DNA of 64,000 nt from Octopus sinensis. Its lineage: Eukaryota. The notes under the pieces are model-generated. The model was given only the letters and a program-made list of their open reading frames with translations, was not told the DNA's origin and made no database searches. Positions 1 to 13,117 of this stretch are shown in pieces. Every line of letters starts with the position of its first letter. The stretch's first letter is position 1. The stretch covers positions 9,238,001 to 9,302,000 of the forward strand of contig NC_043006.1 of NCBI RefSeq assembly GCF_006345805.1. The letters are read 5' to 3'. A program made the translations under genes and the position numbers.

Positions 1-704
1 CTGAGGTGAAGAGAAGAAAAAGCACAATAGATTAGTTTACAAAAAAAGTGATAAAGTATGAGATAAAGGTAGAGAAAGAGGGTGAGCGAGCTTGAGAGAG
101 AAAGAAAGAGTGTGAGCGAGCAGGAGAGAGAAAGAAAGAGTGTGAGCGAGCTGGAGAGAGAAAGAAAGAGTGTGATAATAATCGGAAGAGGCCTCGGAGT
201 GTTTAGGAAAAAAAATATGGAGAAGAGGAGAAGCGTTTGACATGAGACATAAAAAATCAAAGAGAGAGAGAGAGAGAGCGCGCGACAGAGAACAGCAGAA
301 AGAAGAGGGGTAGAATTGTGACAATGTGTGTATCTGTGTATGAGTGTGTGTGTGTTTGTGTATGTGTGTGTGTGTGTGTGTTTGACTGTCCATATGCATA
401 CATTTATGCGGGTAGATGTGTGTTGACAACTGTGAGCGTATGCATGTATGAGTATGCTTATGTTGTATGCAGGTGGGCGAGATGGTGTTTGTGTATGTGT
501 GCGTGTTTGTATGTATGTATGTATGTATGTATGTATTTGCGTATGCGTTTTTGTGTGTGTGTCCACAGAAATGCAAAAAAAAAAAAAAAACATTTGTCCA
601 GAGATTTAGTACCGATCGAACGCATACACACTCGCCTTCACACGCGCGAACACTCTCGGCGACACTGGCAAACATACAGACACAAACACAAGGCTACACA
701 CAAA

Positions 705-1249
705 CATACATACATACATACATACATACAACAAATACACACACCGATAGGCGCACGCAAACACGTTTTACAGTCATACATAAACAGAAGCATATATTTA
801 TACATACATACATACATAACTATATACACACATAGATACATACATACGCATATACATACATATATAGATGTATACATATATACATACATACATACATACA
901 TGCATACATACATACGTACATCACAAGATACATACATGCATGCATACATACATACATACATCCATCCATACATACATACATACATACATACATGCATACG
1001 TACATACATACATGCATGCATACATACATACATACATACATACATACATACATACACACATACATGCTTACATACATACATACATATACATACATACATA
1101 CATACATACATACATACATGCATGCATACATACATACATACATACATACATACATACATACATGCATACATACTTACATACATACATACATACATACATA
1201 CTTACATACATGCATACATACATACATACATACATACATACATACATAC

Positions 1250-1280
<31 letters not shown>

Positions 1281-1343
1281 CATACATACATACATACATA
1301 CATGCATGCATACATACATACATACATACATACATACATACAT
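705..1343. repeat. (CATA)n microsatellite, about 640 bp, imperfect
   Basis: Direct reading; explains the HTYI/YVCM ORFs. Confidence 0.98.
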
Positions 1344-1520
1344 GGATACATAAATACATTTATGATTAGCAAACGAGCAAATGAGAGTATTTGGTTTCCT
1401 GAAAGTTAGAAATAACGAAAATACGTTTCCTTCAAATCGCGCCGGGTTTTCTTTAAATAACATCAACAAGATGTTGGAAAGGCCCACGGATACTGATGGT
1501 AAGAAAACTGAAAGAAGAAA

Positions 1521-1951
<431 letters not shown>

Positions 1952-2277
1952 TGCGAAATGTTAAAGAGAAAGGAAAGGGAACCGGTTGGTCACAACTGGA
2001 ACGTCTCTGACCGTATGTCTTGCTTAATCAGCGTTGCTTCGGAGCCGCACGGTTGCGACATCGTACACATACATAGGCGTTCATCCACATCGGCTATAAA
2101 CAGTTACGCATGCATAGTTTCGGGTTGCGATAAATTAATCGGTGGAATTCACTCACGATACAACAACAGCTCATTAGAACAACAAATATCTTCGCACGTT
2201 TCGTTGTATACAGACTGGTACGCAAACAGCAGTGAACGTTTAAATCAGCGAACGCAAAGAGCAGTCGCATACTGCCG

Positions 2278-2352
<75 letters not shown>

Positions 2353-2422
2353 GATCGATCTATCTATTTATGTGTGTTGTGAGTCTTCGTGTGTGTAAGA
2401 GTGTGTAAAGTATGTATGTATG

Positions 2423-2468
<46 letters not shown>

Positions 2469-2469
2469 T

Positions 2470-2590
2470 AAAAATACAAAATGGGACAAGAACGCAAAAC
2501 ATTCAAATAGACGGCACAAAAAAAAAACGACGGGTCATTCGAGGCTCTAATCTTCTGTCAAGAACCGGATCATCCTCGCATTTCGGCATA
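2470..2590 (-). mobile_element. Short Penelope-like 3'-tail fragment next to (TA)n
   Basis: Reverse complement GCCGAAATGCGAGGATGATCCGGTTCTTGAC...CCTCGAATG resembles the copy at 3775-3911; the PLE assignment is inference. Confidence 0.4.
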
Positions 2591-2592
2591 GT

Positions 2593-2628
<36 letters not shown>

Positions 2629-3303
2629 GTGTGTGTGCGTGTGTGTATGTATGTATGTATGCATAGATAAAAAATGTAAACAACGAAAGAATGAAAGTGA
2701 CCTCGATATTATGTAAATATAGGAATTTTAATCTGTACATATATATATATATAATATATATATAGATTATATATATATATATATATATATATCTATATAT
2801 ATCCAGCACTTGTATACACACATAAGTGTATATACATATTAGAAGTTTTGTTTCACGATCGAATGCTTCCGTGTTCGTTCTCACTGCGTGGTTCCTAGGC
2901 AAGTGGTTCCTACTTCGGCACCCGGATTGATACCCAAGCATTACTTCACAAGAAAAGTTGGTTTGTTTATGTCCTCTCGACGGAACGTGGTTAGAATAAG
3001 CAGCGAGCTGTAGAAAAAAAAACCTATGTGGTATGCAGATTCGTTCGACACGAAGCACTTTAAGATGCTACCCTAGCATAAACTCGATAACTATAAACTA
3101 GCTGAAAAATAAAAATAAATGCATGTGCGTGTATAGGTAATATGTATATATATATATAATTATATTATATTATATATATATATATATATATATGTAGATA
3201 ATTACATAGTTAGAGAGAGATAGATACTTGCCAATATATATATGTGTGTGAATGTGTATGTGTATATTTGTGTGTGTGTGCGTGTGTGTGCGTGTGTGTG
3301 TGT

Positions 3304-3356
<53 letters not shown>

Positions 3357-3364
3357 ATACATAT

Positions 3365-3478
3365 GGCGCAGGAGTGGCTGTGTGGCAAATTAGCTTGCTC
3401 ACCAACCACATGATTTCGGATTCAGCCCCGCTGCTTGACAGCTAGGGCAAGTTTCTTCTACTTTAGCCTTGAGCCAAG
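3365..3478 (+). mobile_element. tRNA-derived CORE-type SINE head (family A)
   Basis: GGCGCAGGAGTGGCTGTGTGG (A box), GGATTCAGCCCC (B-box-like), then GGGCAAGTTTCTTCTAC; matches copies at 16532, 47852-48230/50630, 55990 and 63209. Confidence 0.85.
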
Positions 3479-3530
3479 CAATTCATTCTCCTTTTGTCAT
3501 ATATTATAATAATAACATACATACATACAT

Positions 3531-3565
<35 letters not shown>

Positions 3566-3581
3566 ATATATATATACACAC

Positions 3582-3637
<56 letters not shown>

Positions 3638-3721
3638 ATATTCATACACACCCACACATAGACATATTTAAATACATACATGTATATATAGATATTTATA
3701 CACAAACACACACACATATGT

Positions 3722-3763
<42 letters not shown>

Positions 3764-3764
3764 A

Positions 3765-3911
3765 TTCAAGATTAATCAGCCGAAATTGCTAAGATGATCT
3801 GGTTTTGTGACTATGACTGAGGGCTTCGAATGTCCCGTCCTGTGGTTCTTGTGTCGTCTCTGTGGTGTTTCATGTTCTTGTCCATGTCTGTATTTAATTT
3901 TACTGTTTACC
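3765..3911 (+). mobile_element. Short Penelope-like 3'-tail fragment bracketed by (TA)n
   Basis: CAGCCGAAATTGCTAAGATGATCTGGTTTTG...CTTCGAATG, related to 2470-2590. Confidence 0.4.
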
Positions 3912-4671
3912 TATATATATATATATATATATATATAATCGACTAATATTACTAGTTTGCTGTAAATATCAATTTATATTCACAAATTATCGGCAACCTC
4001 GAAGCCACGATTGAGGGCACTTGCCCAAGGTAACAAACACTGTCGCGAACCTGGAACAACATGATTGAAGCAAACTTCATAACTGCACACCCAAGACTCT
4101 ACTTGCTGTATGTGTTCGTACATGGTTGTGTGTATAAATATATGAAACACACACATTTATGAATGAATGAGTGGAGAGATGGATGGATGAACGGAGAGCT
4201 GGATGGATGGATATGCGCGCATGTCTATGGTTATCTGTGTTTATGTTTTGTTTCTGTTAATCGTCCTAAAAAATAAAATCGATGTCCGCCAAGCTAGTTG
4301 AACCTGTCACTTCATTGTGCCTTTGTGTCTCTGAGTTCGAAATTTAATCCCTGAAAAGGGTGCCTTAGCATGACCGCACTCGTATGCCTCAAACGAGAAA
4401 GAAAACTATTGTATAAGCATCCACATACACACCACGCACGCGTGGATATGTGTGTGTGTGTGTGTATTTGTGTGTGTGTGTGCTGTGCGTGTTGTGCGTG
4501 CTGTGTGAGTATGTGGGCATATGGATGTGTATGTTTGTTGATACAAGTAGTAGAAGTACAGCTATATTTGTCAAAGACTTTCTGTGTCTGTGTGTGCGAT
4601 TCTGTGTGCGTGTGGATGTGTGATGATGCACGAATACAAGAAAAGAAAGAGAGACATGCTACCAGACATGT

Positions 4672-4673
4672 AA

Positions 4674-4731
<58 letters not shown>

Positions 4732-4812
4732 GGATAGATACATACATACATACATACATACATACATACATACATACATACATACATACATACATACATA
4801 CATACATACATA
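4672..4812. repeat. (GATA)n followed by (CATA)n
   Basis: Direct reading. Confidence 0.97.
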
Positions 4813-4856
4813 GATATGGTTGGCTGTATGCAAGCTTTCGTTTGTTTGTGACGTGC

Positions 4857-4941
4857 ATGAATGAGAGCGGTTCGCGCGAAGGTGTACTTCTGTGTCTGGT
4901 GTTAGTTCGGGGGTTGTCCGTTTACGATCCTGTAGGTATTG
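4857..4941 (+). CDS. Candidate first coding exon, signal-peptide-like (MNESGSREGVLLCLVLVRGLSVYDPVGI), phase-1 donor
   Basis: ATG at 4857, open frame with a hydrophobic core, GTAAGT at 4942; no homology recognised. Confidence 0.2.
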
Positions 4942-6845
4942 GTAAGTGGTCATTTGTGTGATCAATTTTAACCGCTGTTTAGGAGATGAAATTTATGTAG
5001 TTTTGTTGTGAGTGTGTGTCTTCTGTCTCCAAATATATATGTTGCTGCGTACAAGTGTCTGTATGTGTCCGTATGTAAACAAGAGATTGTTGTGGTCGCA
5101 ATAAATGAGCGCGCTGATGTTGTTATTAGGTGTTATGAATACCTTAGACTAAGTGTGTGTATCTGTGTCTGTGCGTGTGTACGTATGTGTCACTGTATGT
5201 ATATGTGTTTGTCTGTCTGAGGGCTAGTGTGTGCAGGACAGTGCGCACGCATGTATTTTTCTTAACTGTACCGTTAAACACACATGTCTACTAAAGAACT
5301 CGTACACACACAGACACATAGGCACACACTCACACACACGTATAGACACGCACACACACAGAAGCACACACGCATACACTCTAATTGACATCATCTTGTA
5401 CATACGCAATTATATTATTGTCTATTGGTGATAGAAAGAAAAAATGCTTCATATTTTGTTATGAATGGAAGAAATAGCGTCTACGCATGATGGCATGTAT
5501 GTATTTGAATATACGTGGAGTATGTGTGAGTGCTTGTATATGAGTATGTGTAAATTTGTGTGCAAGTGTGGGTGGTTGCGTGTGATTGCGTGTGTGTGAT
5601 AAAATATATTTACAACGTCTTGTCGAAAACGGGATCTAGAAAAGAAAAATAAAAGCAATAAATAAGGAAGGAAAGAAAAAGAAACAATTCATAAAAGAAA
5701 TAAAGGTTAGAATATGTATGATTGCCTTAGTGTACGCCAGAGGTTTCGGACATCTAAAAGTCAAAAGAGCGTCACCGAAGAGGTGAGATGTTCTGTAGAC
5801 AGAACCGCAAGGCATGTGTGTATGTGTTTGTTGTACGTGTGTGCTTGTGTGTTTGTGAGTGTGTTTATGGTCATGTACTATAAGGATGTTTGCTTACGGA
5901 GAAAACTAACTTATTGCTGTTTCATTAGATGCTTGTGTGTGCGTGCATGTGTGTGTGTACGTGTGTGTACGTTTAACAGAATATTTACTTCAATGCTTGC
6001 CTTATAGAAGTGGTGACTAGTAAGGAAAGATGCAGGGGAGCAAAACAAATGCCGAATAAGTAAAAAGAAGAAAGAGATAGTAAGAAAATAGAGTTGAAAG
6101 CGTTTTATATTGCGCTGACTTATACAAGAGGTTTGGGACATCTAAAAGTTAAAAGAGAGTAGAATGTACAAGTGAGAGTTCGTAGAGAAGGTTTGATGTG
6201 TGTTATTCTTGAATGTGTGTGTGCATGTGTGCGTGTGTGTGTGCATGTGTGCGTGTGTGTGTAACAGTATTTGAGTATGATAGACTAAATGATCTTCGTT
6301 GTATGCGTTTGTAGAGTGTATTATGAAGAGATAGTTCAGAGATCGAGCATGTTTATTTGCGTTTGAGGTGGGATGTCAGCGCTGATGGCCCTCTGCGGAC
6401 TTCTCTGATTGGTAAGGCGGATAGAAGGAACGAGGGAAAATCTGACAGTCTTCAATGCTCCACTTACCCAAGTTCTAATTGGTGACTTTAAACTGAGTGA
6501 CGGCAAACTCTTATCTACTTAATTACAATTATTAAGTAATTATTGATTATGTGAGTCTAAGGGAGTCTGGGCATTTTTATATGTGTATATACGTGTCAAT
6601 GTCTGCGGGTATTTGAGTGTTACTTAAGAAATAGTTCGAATAAATGTTTTTGCTCTTAAAGATATGCTACCGTTGCATGTATGTATGTGTGTATGCAAAT
6701 TTGAGAAATGGTTTATATTTTCTGTGTTATAAATATATAATACGTTGCTTGTACTTGTGAGTGCGTTTATGTCTGTGTGTGTGCGGTCGATAATTATTTG
6801 TCTATTTGGAATTCCATTCATAGTTATGCTTTAATATTGGTTTCA

Positions 6846-7052
6846 TATCTTTACACAATGCCAGCAATTTCGGGGGAGGAGTAAGTTGATTACATCGACC
6901 CCAATACTCAACTGGTAATCATTGTATCCAGCCCCAAATGATGAAAGACAAATACAACCTAAACGACATTTGAACTCAGAACATAAAGACAGACGAAATG
7001 CCCTTCGGCATTTTTGCCCTGAGTGCTAATGATTCAGTTAGCTCGCAGCCCT
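6846..7052 (-). mobile_element. tRNA-derived SINE family B (Meta-domain-like), diverged
   Basis: GATTACATCGACCCC...CTGGTA...ATTTGAACTCAGAAC...GACGAAATG, matching the other family B copies. Confidence 0.8.
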
Positions 7053-7494
7053 GTTTTATAGAAATATTAAACGGAATTCAGTACTTCGCAGGAACTTTAT
7101 TTTATAGATAAACGAGGAACGAGGCAAATTTGACCTCGGTGTGTTCAGTCTAAGATTCAAAGTGGACAAGGTCTAAATGACATGCACAACTGTTTTACGT
7201 CGAATATATCCGATCTGCCAATTAGGGAAATAAACTACTGGGCTTACTGTGTTTGAAAACTATAAAACATGCGTCATGAATGTTTATTTTTCCCCTCTAT
7301 CTTGCATGCTTTCTGATTCAAAAGCGTCACACGTGTCTTAATGAGATGGTTAGTTAGTGTGAGAATATTTTATTGAATACCTGGGCTGCTTATAGTTCTA
7401 GCAGTCGATAGGGACCGGATTTTAATTGCATACATCCAGGTGTAAATATATACATATTTACAAACGCATGTGCATTTGAGGGTATGTGTGTTAG

Positions 7495-7528
<34 letters not shown>

Positions 7529-7863
7529 TATTTTAAGCAGCAGAAAATTCAACAAAATCTGTTACTCTGAGTTTCTCGTTGCCGTTCATCAGACAGTTTT
7601 TGCTAGAATGGAACCGATATATCAATTCAATCTAGACTCTTACAAACGCTACACCTTTAAAAAAAATAGACTTGTTTGATTGGCCCTTTAGAAAAAACGG
7701 TCAATCTTCGAGCGATAAACAAAAAGGTCAAAATACATGGATATATATATAAAAACTTATAAAAATTATAAAATTCGAGGAAAAAACCTTACATTGAATA
7801 AAATACATATTGACGTTAATGAAGAAAGTATAATTAAAGCATAGAAATTAAAACCTATTATAA

Positions 7864-7968
<105 letters not shown>

Positions 7969-9458
7969 ACACACTTACAAACATCTGAATATTAAAAAAA
8001 GGTATGAATCTGTCATACAATCTGTGCTTAAGTGTCAGCAGTTTATACAAATATTTGTGGCTGTACGTATGTGTGACAGCATATTCGTTTATATGCGTGA
8101 CTGTGAGCGTGCATTTCAATCTTTGTGTGGCTGAGTATGTCAACCAATGTATCATCTTCCGCTTGGATGAGGTTGCATTTTATATCCTTCAAGCAATTTT
8201 TTAGTCCTCTAAACTAATTTAAACAGTATCAGACACGTTCATCATGTTATTATCATATGCTGTCTATAATTAGTTACCATGAATAAGTTTCTGCTCAGAA
8301 GTAGTTAAACGAAGCAACTTAGGTGGCATTCCGCTCCCTCAGCTGTCCAATCCTGTTGTGTTCATTTACGGAACTAACAAACTCTCATTTATAAATACGC
8401 TAATCTCCCGTACACATCTTCTCAGATTTTTTTTTTTTTTTTGCTTCGGGTTTTTTTTACTGTTACATGGAGATAGCGAAACGGTTTAAATAATTGCTCG
8501 AATTATTTCACCTTTGAACGAATAATGGCATAATTTCGGAATATAGTTTTGCAATCAATGTATTAGAATTCGTTTACACTGCGTAGTACTTTAGGAATAT
8601 GTATTTACTGTAACGTTTGAGGAATTTGCTTCTTAATTATGAGGTTCCCGTTCGATCCACTTCAAGGTATCTTGGGCGATATTGATTTACATAGTTTGAA
8701 TGTGTCTCATATATGTGAGCGAAATACAGGTAACGGAAGATGTATAAAACTGCGCCGGGTGCATATTGCTCCATACATTGATTTTCCATCAGATTGACAT
8801 CAAGTGTAATACTTATCTCTGTATACACAAAATACTCACATGCCAACCTATACTCAACAACTTACAAATTAATTCATAAGAAGGTTCTCAGTTAATCGAA
8901 TAGCCGAATACTCGTCGTCGAAAGACGGAAAACCATCACCACCAAAACAACCAGCACAGAGCAAAACTTCCTGAAATACATAGCTTAGCACTGTAGGATT
9001 GATCTAAGCTGTTCTTGTGTGGTAGACACACTTTTCTCCAAGGTTGAATGCCCTTAATTTTGCCACATAAATCCCCACAATAGACCCAAAGCAAAACAAT
9101 ATTTTTAAGAATCTCAGATTGAAGTCAAGGTAGGTTCAAGCTGAAAAGTACCCCCAAACCATTCTGAGTCATCAACACTTGTCTCGTGTGATGGAGCATA
9201 TTAAATGTAGCGGAGGTGTCCGGAAAACAATAAAAGCGAGAAGAACTATTCTTGATAGCAGCCAATCTTGAATGGATTCTTTCACCTGCAACCTGTAATA
9301 CTTATTCTCCGGAGGGTGGAGGCAACCATTTTAGATATAGAAATGAAGACGAAACAGTATTTTTTTCTATCCTTCTGGTTCACAACCACATAGTTCCGGA
9401 TTCAGTCCTCTTGAAGTAAGTGTTTTCCACTATAGCTTCGGTCCGACCAGTATATATG

Positions 9459-9492
<34 letters not shown>

Positions 9493-9497
9493 TATAA

Positions 9498-9625
9498 ATC
9501 TGTAATATTGGACGATTATTCGGTAGACATGATAAAACTCCGTATTTCGGATGCCGGGGTGGAAATCCGAATCTCGGAGTTTTATCATGGCTACTGAATA
9601 ATTGTCACATATTACATTTACAGAT
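9498..9625. repeat. Imperfect fold-back palindrome (about 55-bp arms, 12-nt loop) in a (TA)n-bracketed PLE-like tail
   Basis: TTATTCGGTAGACATGATAAAACTCCG...TTCGGAT pairs with ATCCGAA...CGGAGTTTTATCATGGCTACTGAATAA. Confidence 0.85.
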
Positions 9626-9690
9626 AAATTCCTCTATCTACATAATATCGAGCTCTCTTTCATTCTTTTGTTGTCTTACCATTTCTATCA

Positions 9691-9724
<34 letters not shown>

Positions 9725-10236
9725 ATACAGCGTTACGTTCCAAAATCTTCCACACAATTAATTAAAATATATAAATACCTATCCGTCACAGAAGCCGCGA
9801 TATACTGAGGAATCAACGATATAAGTTTACATGTATACATTGAAAAATCTCCTGCGATGTACTGACTGCGCAATAGGTGGAACGGAATATGGCGAGAGAT
9901 TACTGTATAAATATGTGTGTGTGTGCGCGTGTATGTGCGTATGTGTGTGCATGTTCCTTCCCTTCAACCGCTTGACAACTGGTGTTGCTATGTTTACGTC
10001 TCCACAAACTAGCAGTTCGGCCAGTGACACTGATGGAAAAAGTGCCAGGCTGAAAAAGTATGCGGTGGGGAGGGAGGATGGATTCATTAGATTAAAACAT
10101 TCTTCAAAATGGTGTCTCAGCATGGTGGTAGACTAATGACTGAAACATGAAAAAGACAAAACATATACAGACTTTAAGCATCCGGCTGTGGTGTGAAGGC
10201 TTTGTAGATTATAAGAGATATCACTTTATAATTAGA

Positions 10237-10628
10237 CTAGCAGTATCGCCCGGCGTTGCTCGGGTTTGTAAGGGAAAAAACTATATAAGCATTTTTAGAG
10301 AGTTATAGCCAAAAAATAGCAAAAACTGCATTAAAAATGGAAAAAAACTGATGGTTTTTTTTTTAAATCGTTGACTCATCGTAGACATTTTTAGAGAGTC
10401 ACTTCCCTTATATAATAGCGAAAAAAATGCATTAAAATGGAAAAAAATGATGGTATTTTTTTTTATCGTAGACTCATTGTAGACGCGCGCTAATACCCAG
10501 AAGGGCTCGATATGTATCACGACTATAAGATAGCCGGTTCTGGTTAAACTGCACCGCAAAATGTGGGAGTAGTTAGGAATCTAAATCGTAGGAGACAGAC
10601 ACTCACACAACTTCACTTTTATATATGA
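10237..10628 (-). mobile_element. Non-autonomous Helitron
   Basis: Minus strand starts TCATATATAAAAG and ends CCCGAGCAACGCCGGG hairpin + ATACTG + CTAG|T, the canonical Helitron 3' end. Confidence 0.8.
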
Positions 10629-11177
10629 ATATTTCCAAGGCCTTTCTTTGCTCATTTGATAATCCAATTCTCTACCCATGATGTATACGGCTCTTACGTT
10701 TATGATAGTAAAGGCATTTATGCCATTAAGCATGGACTTTAGTACTCTGCTAATGTTTGGAAATATTCTTTCCTGACTTTATCTTTCATAGTCCTGTTTT
10801 TCATACCATCAGCTTCCAAGAGTCACAGATATTTATACCCATCACCTGTATGAAACTCCCGTGCTCTTCTCATTCGGAAAATTTAATCCATCACGTTTAT
10901 GGTTTTTCTCTTTCTTCATCACCGCGTTTCAGCACTTGGAAAAATCGCATTCTATTCTAATATCGGTGTTATTCAATCGTACAATATTGACAGTGTTCTC
11001 CTGTTCACTCTCAGCTTTTCCATATAGATTTATCATTCATAAATGGCAAAGTTTTACCTATCTACCGATAATTTCCTCAACTATATCTAGCTTTTAGCTT
11101 CCTTATTTCAGTGGAAAGTAGATGGGGTGATATACCTTCAACATTATTATTACCGTTATTATTAGCATTATTATTTA

Positions 11178-11392
11178 AGGCCGTGTGTTGGTAGAATATT
11201 TAGCACGCCAGGCGAAATGCTTAGCGATATTTTGTCTCCCGCTACGTTCTGAGTTCAAATTCCGCCAAGGTCAAATTTGCCTTTCGTCCTTTCGGGGTCG
11301 ATGAAATAAGTACCAGTGATGCACTGGGTTCTATGTAATTAACTGACTCCCTTCCCCAAAAAATTTCAAGGTCTTGTGCCTAGAGTAGAAAT
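11178..11392 (+). mobile_element. SINE family B, full-length monomer ending in (AAT)n
   Basis: tRNA-like head, GAGTTCAAATTCC B box, CCTTTCGGGGTCGAT...AAGTACCAG (Meta-like) core, CTTGTGCCTAGAGTAGAAA tail. Confidence 0.9.
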
Positions 11393-11431
11393 AATAATAA
11401 TAATAATAATAAGTATTATTATTATTATTAT

Positions 11432-11940
11432 TGAGTGAGAGAGCAGTGCATGCCATCAAAGTGAAACTGGGGTAAAATATACGAAGCCCTGCATACCCAT
11501 CATGACTACCTGCCTCATAAGGGCACACTTGGCACATACATCACAACCATATGTGCGCGACATGGCAATCTCATATCAAAATAAACAGCATATGATTTTG
11601 TAGGTGGAACCCAGTTAGAAATTTCTTCTGGTCGAGTAACCCATCCCACTCAAAAGGTTCCTGAATAAGGGTTGTTTAAAGATGTTGAACGAAACAGATA
11701 TTTCCAGAGGTGAATTATTCAAACACCAAAGAATCTCTCTCAATACATGGCTATGATGCTCCCCCACTACTTCTGCTCATGATCAGAGATGCACGAATCA
11801 GCCACTAAGGGACATGTTCAACTGGTTATGGTCAAACAACTGACAAGCAACTCGGTGGTATTGAGCAGAATATTTGCTGTAGCCCATCTTTTATACCAAG
11901 ACAAAACAATGTACATGATAACACTTTCAATCAGTTAAGA
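11432..11940 (-). mobile_element. About 510-bp non-coding repeat embedded in (ATT)n, likely a non-autonomous AAT-targeted retroelement
   Basis: Bounded on both sides by (ATT)n; minus-strand end CTCTCACTCAATAATAAT; family assignment is inference. Confidence 0.5.
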
Positions 11941-11977
11941 TTATTATCATTATTATTATTATTATTATTATTATTAA

Positions 11978-12013
<36 letters not shown>

Positions 12014-12049
12014 CATCATCATCATTATTATTAGTATTATTATTATTAT

Positions 12050-12452
12050 TCAGTAGTTTTATTTTTATAGCGTGCTTTCACTTCACTACCGAGCGCAGCT
12101 CTGTGTGCCTTGGGTATGTGCTGTGATTTGTTGTGATTCTCTGATGGTTATTGTATGGAAAGTGTTCTGCGTAGGATGTGTGCAGTGCCTAGTAGTGCAA
12201 TTTTCTGTATGTTATATGTGTTTGGAAGTCCTGGTGTTTTTGTTATGTATTTGTCTGAATATTTTTTTATCATGCCTAATGCACCTACTATGATAGGAAT
12301 TGTTTCTGTTTTCAGGTTCCACATTCTAGTTATCTCTATTTCCAGGTCTTTGTATTTTGAGAGTTTCTCCATTTCTTTTAGAGACACGTTGTCATCTGCC
12401 GAAATGGAGAAACTCTCAAAATACAAAGACCTGGAAATAGAGATAACTAGAA

Positions 12453-12453
<1 letters not shown>
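12050..12453 (-). mobile_element. 5'-truncated R4/Dong-like non-LTR retrotransposon (RLE domain C-terminus + 3' UTR) in (AAT)n
   Basis: ADDNVSLKEMEKLSKYKDLEIEITRMWNLKTETIPIIVGALG...IQKIALLGTAHILRR is a typical RLE C-terminus; Dong elements are known to target TAA repeats. Confidence 0.9.
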
Positions 12454-12519
<66 letters not shown>

Positions 12520-13117
12520 GTCTCGAATGAGAGGACGCTTATTTGGGAAACATATATTTTCCAAGTAATTTGCTGTTTTATAATTTGATATTCGCATTTT
12601 TGTGATTATTAACTAAATACGTCTGCACACTGAGTTTATTCGCCGCACCGGCACGCTGGGATTTGAAATTTAAAATCTAATATATCAAAATAAATGTAAC
12701 AATATGGTTTTGCAAATCGAGGGAAGTAATGGCTGTTGAAACCGCAATTGTGACATTAATTTCCCATTGTCAATTAATATGGGTAAGACACAAACCACAG
12801 ACAACAACAACATAAACAGGAACAGTGACGAGCAATATAACGTTAAAAATGATACAATCATGACTCCCACCGCCGACACCATTAACACTGCCATACAAAC
12901 ATCAATACAATCAAAACGGCGGCATTTTTTTTATTTTACTAAACAAAATTCGAACGGTTTCACACGAGCATGTCGTTGAACAGAGAATGATGACGTGTGA
13001 GAATATTAAGTGATACCCAATTAATCTTAACAAAAAATTGCAGAATAGTAAATTTAAATACACTAAAGGAAATACAGGAAGATACTAGAATAAGAAAATA
13101 AAACTAATATATACGAA

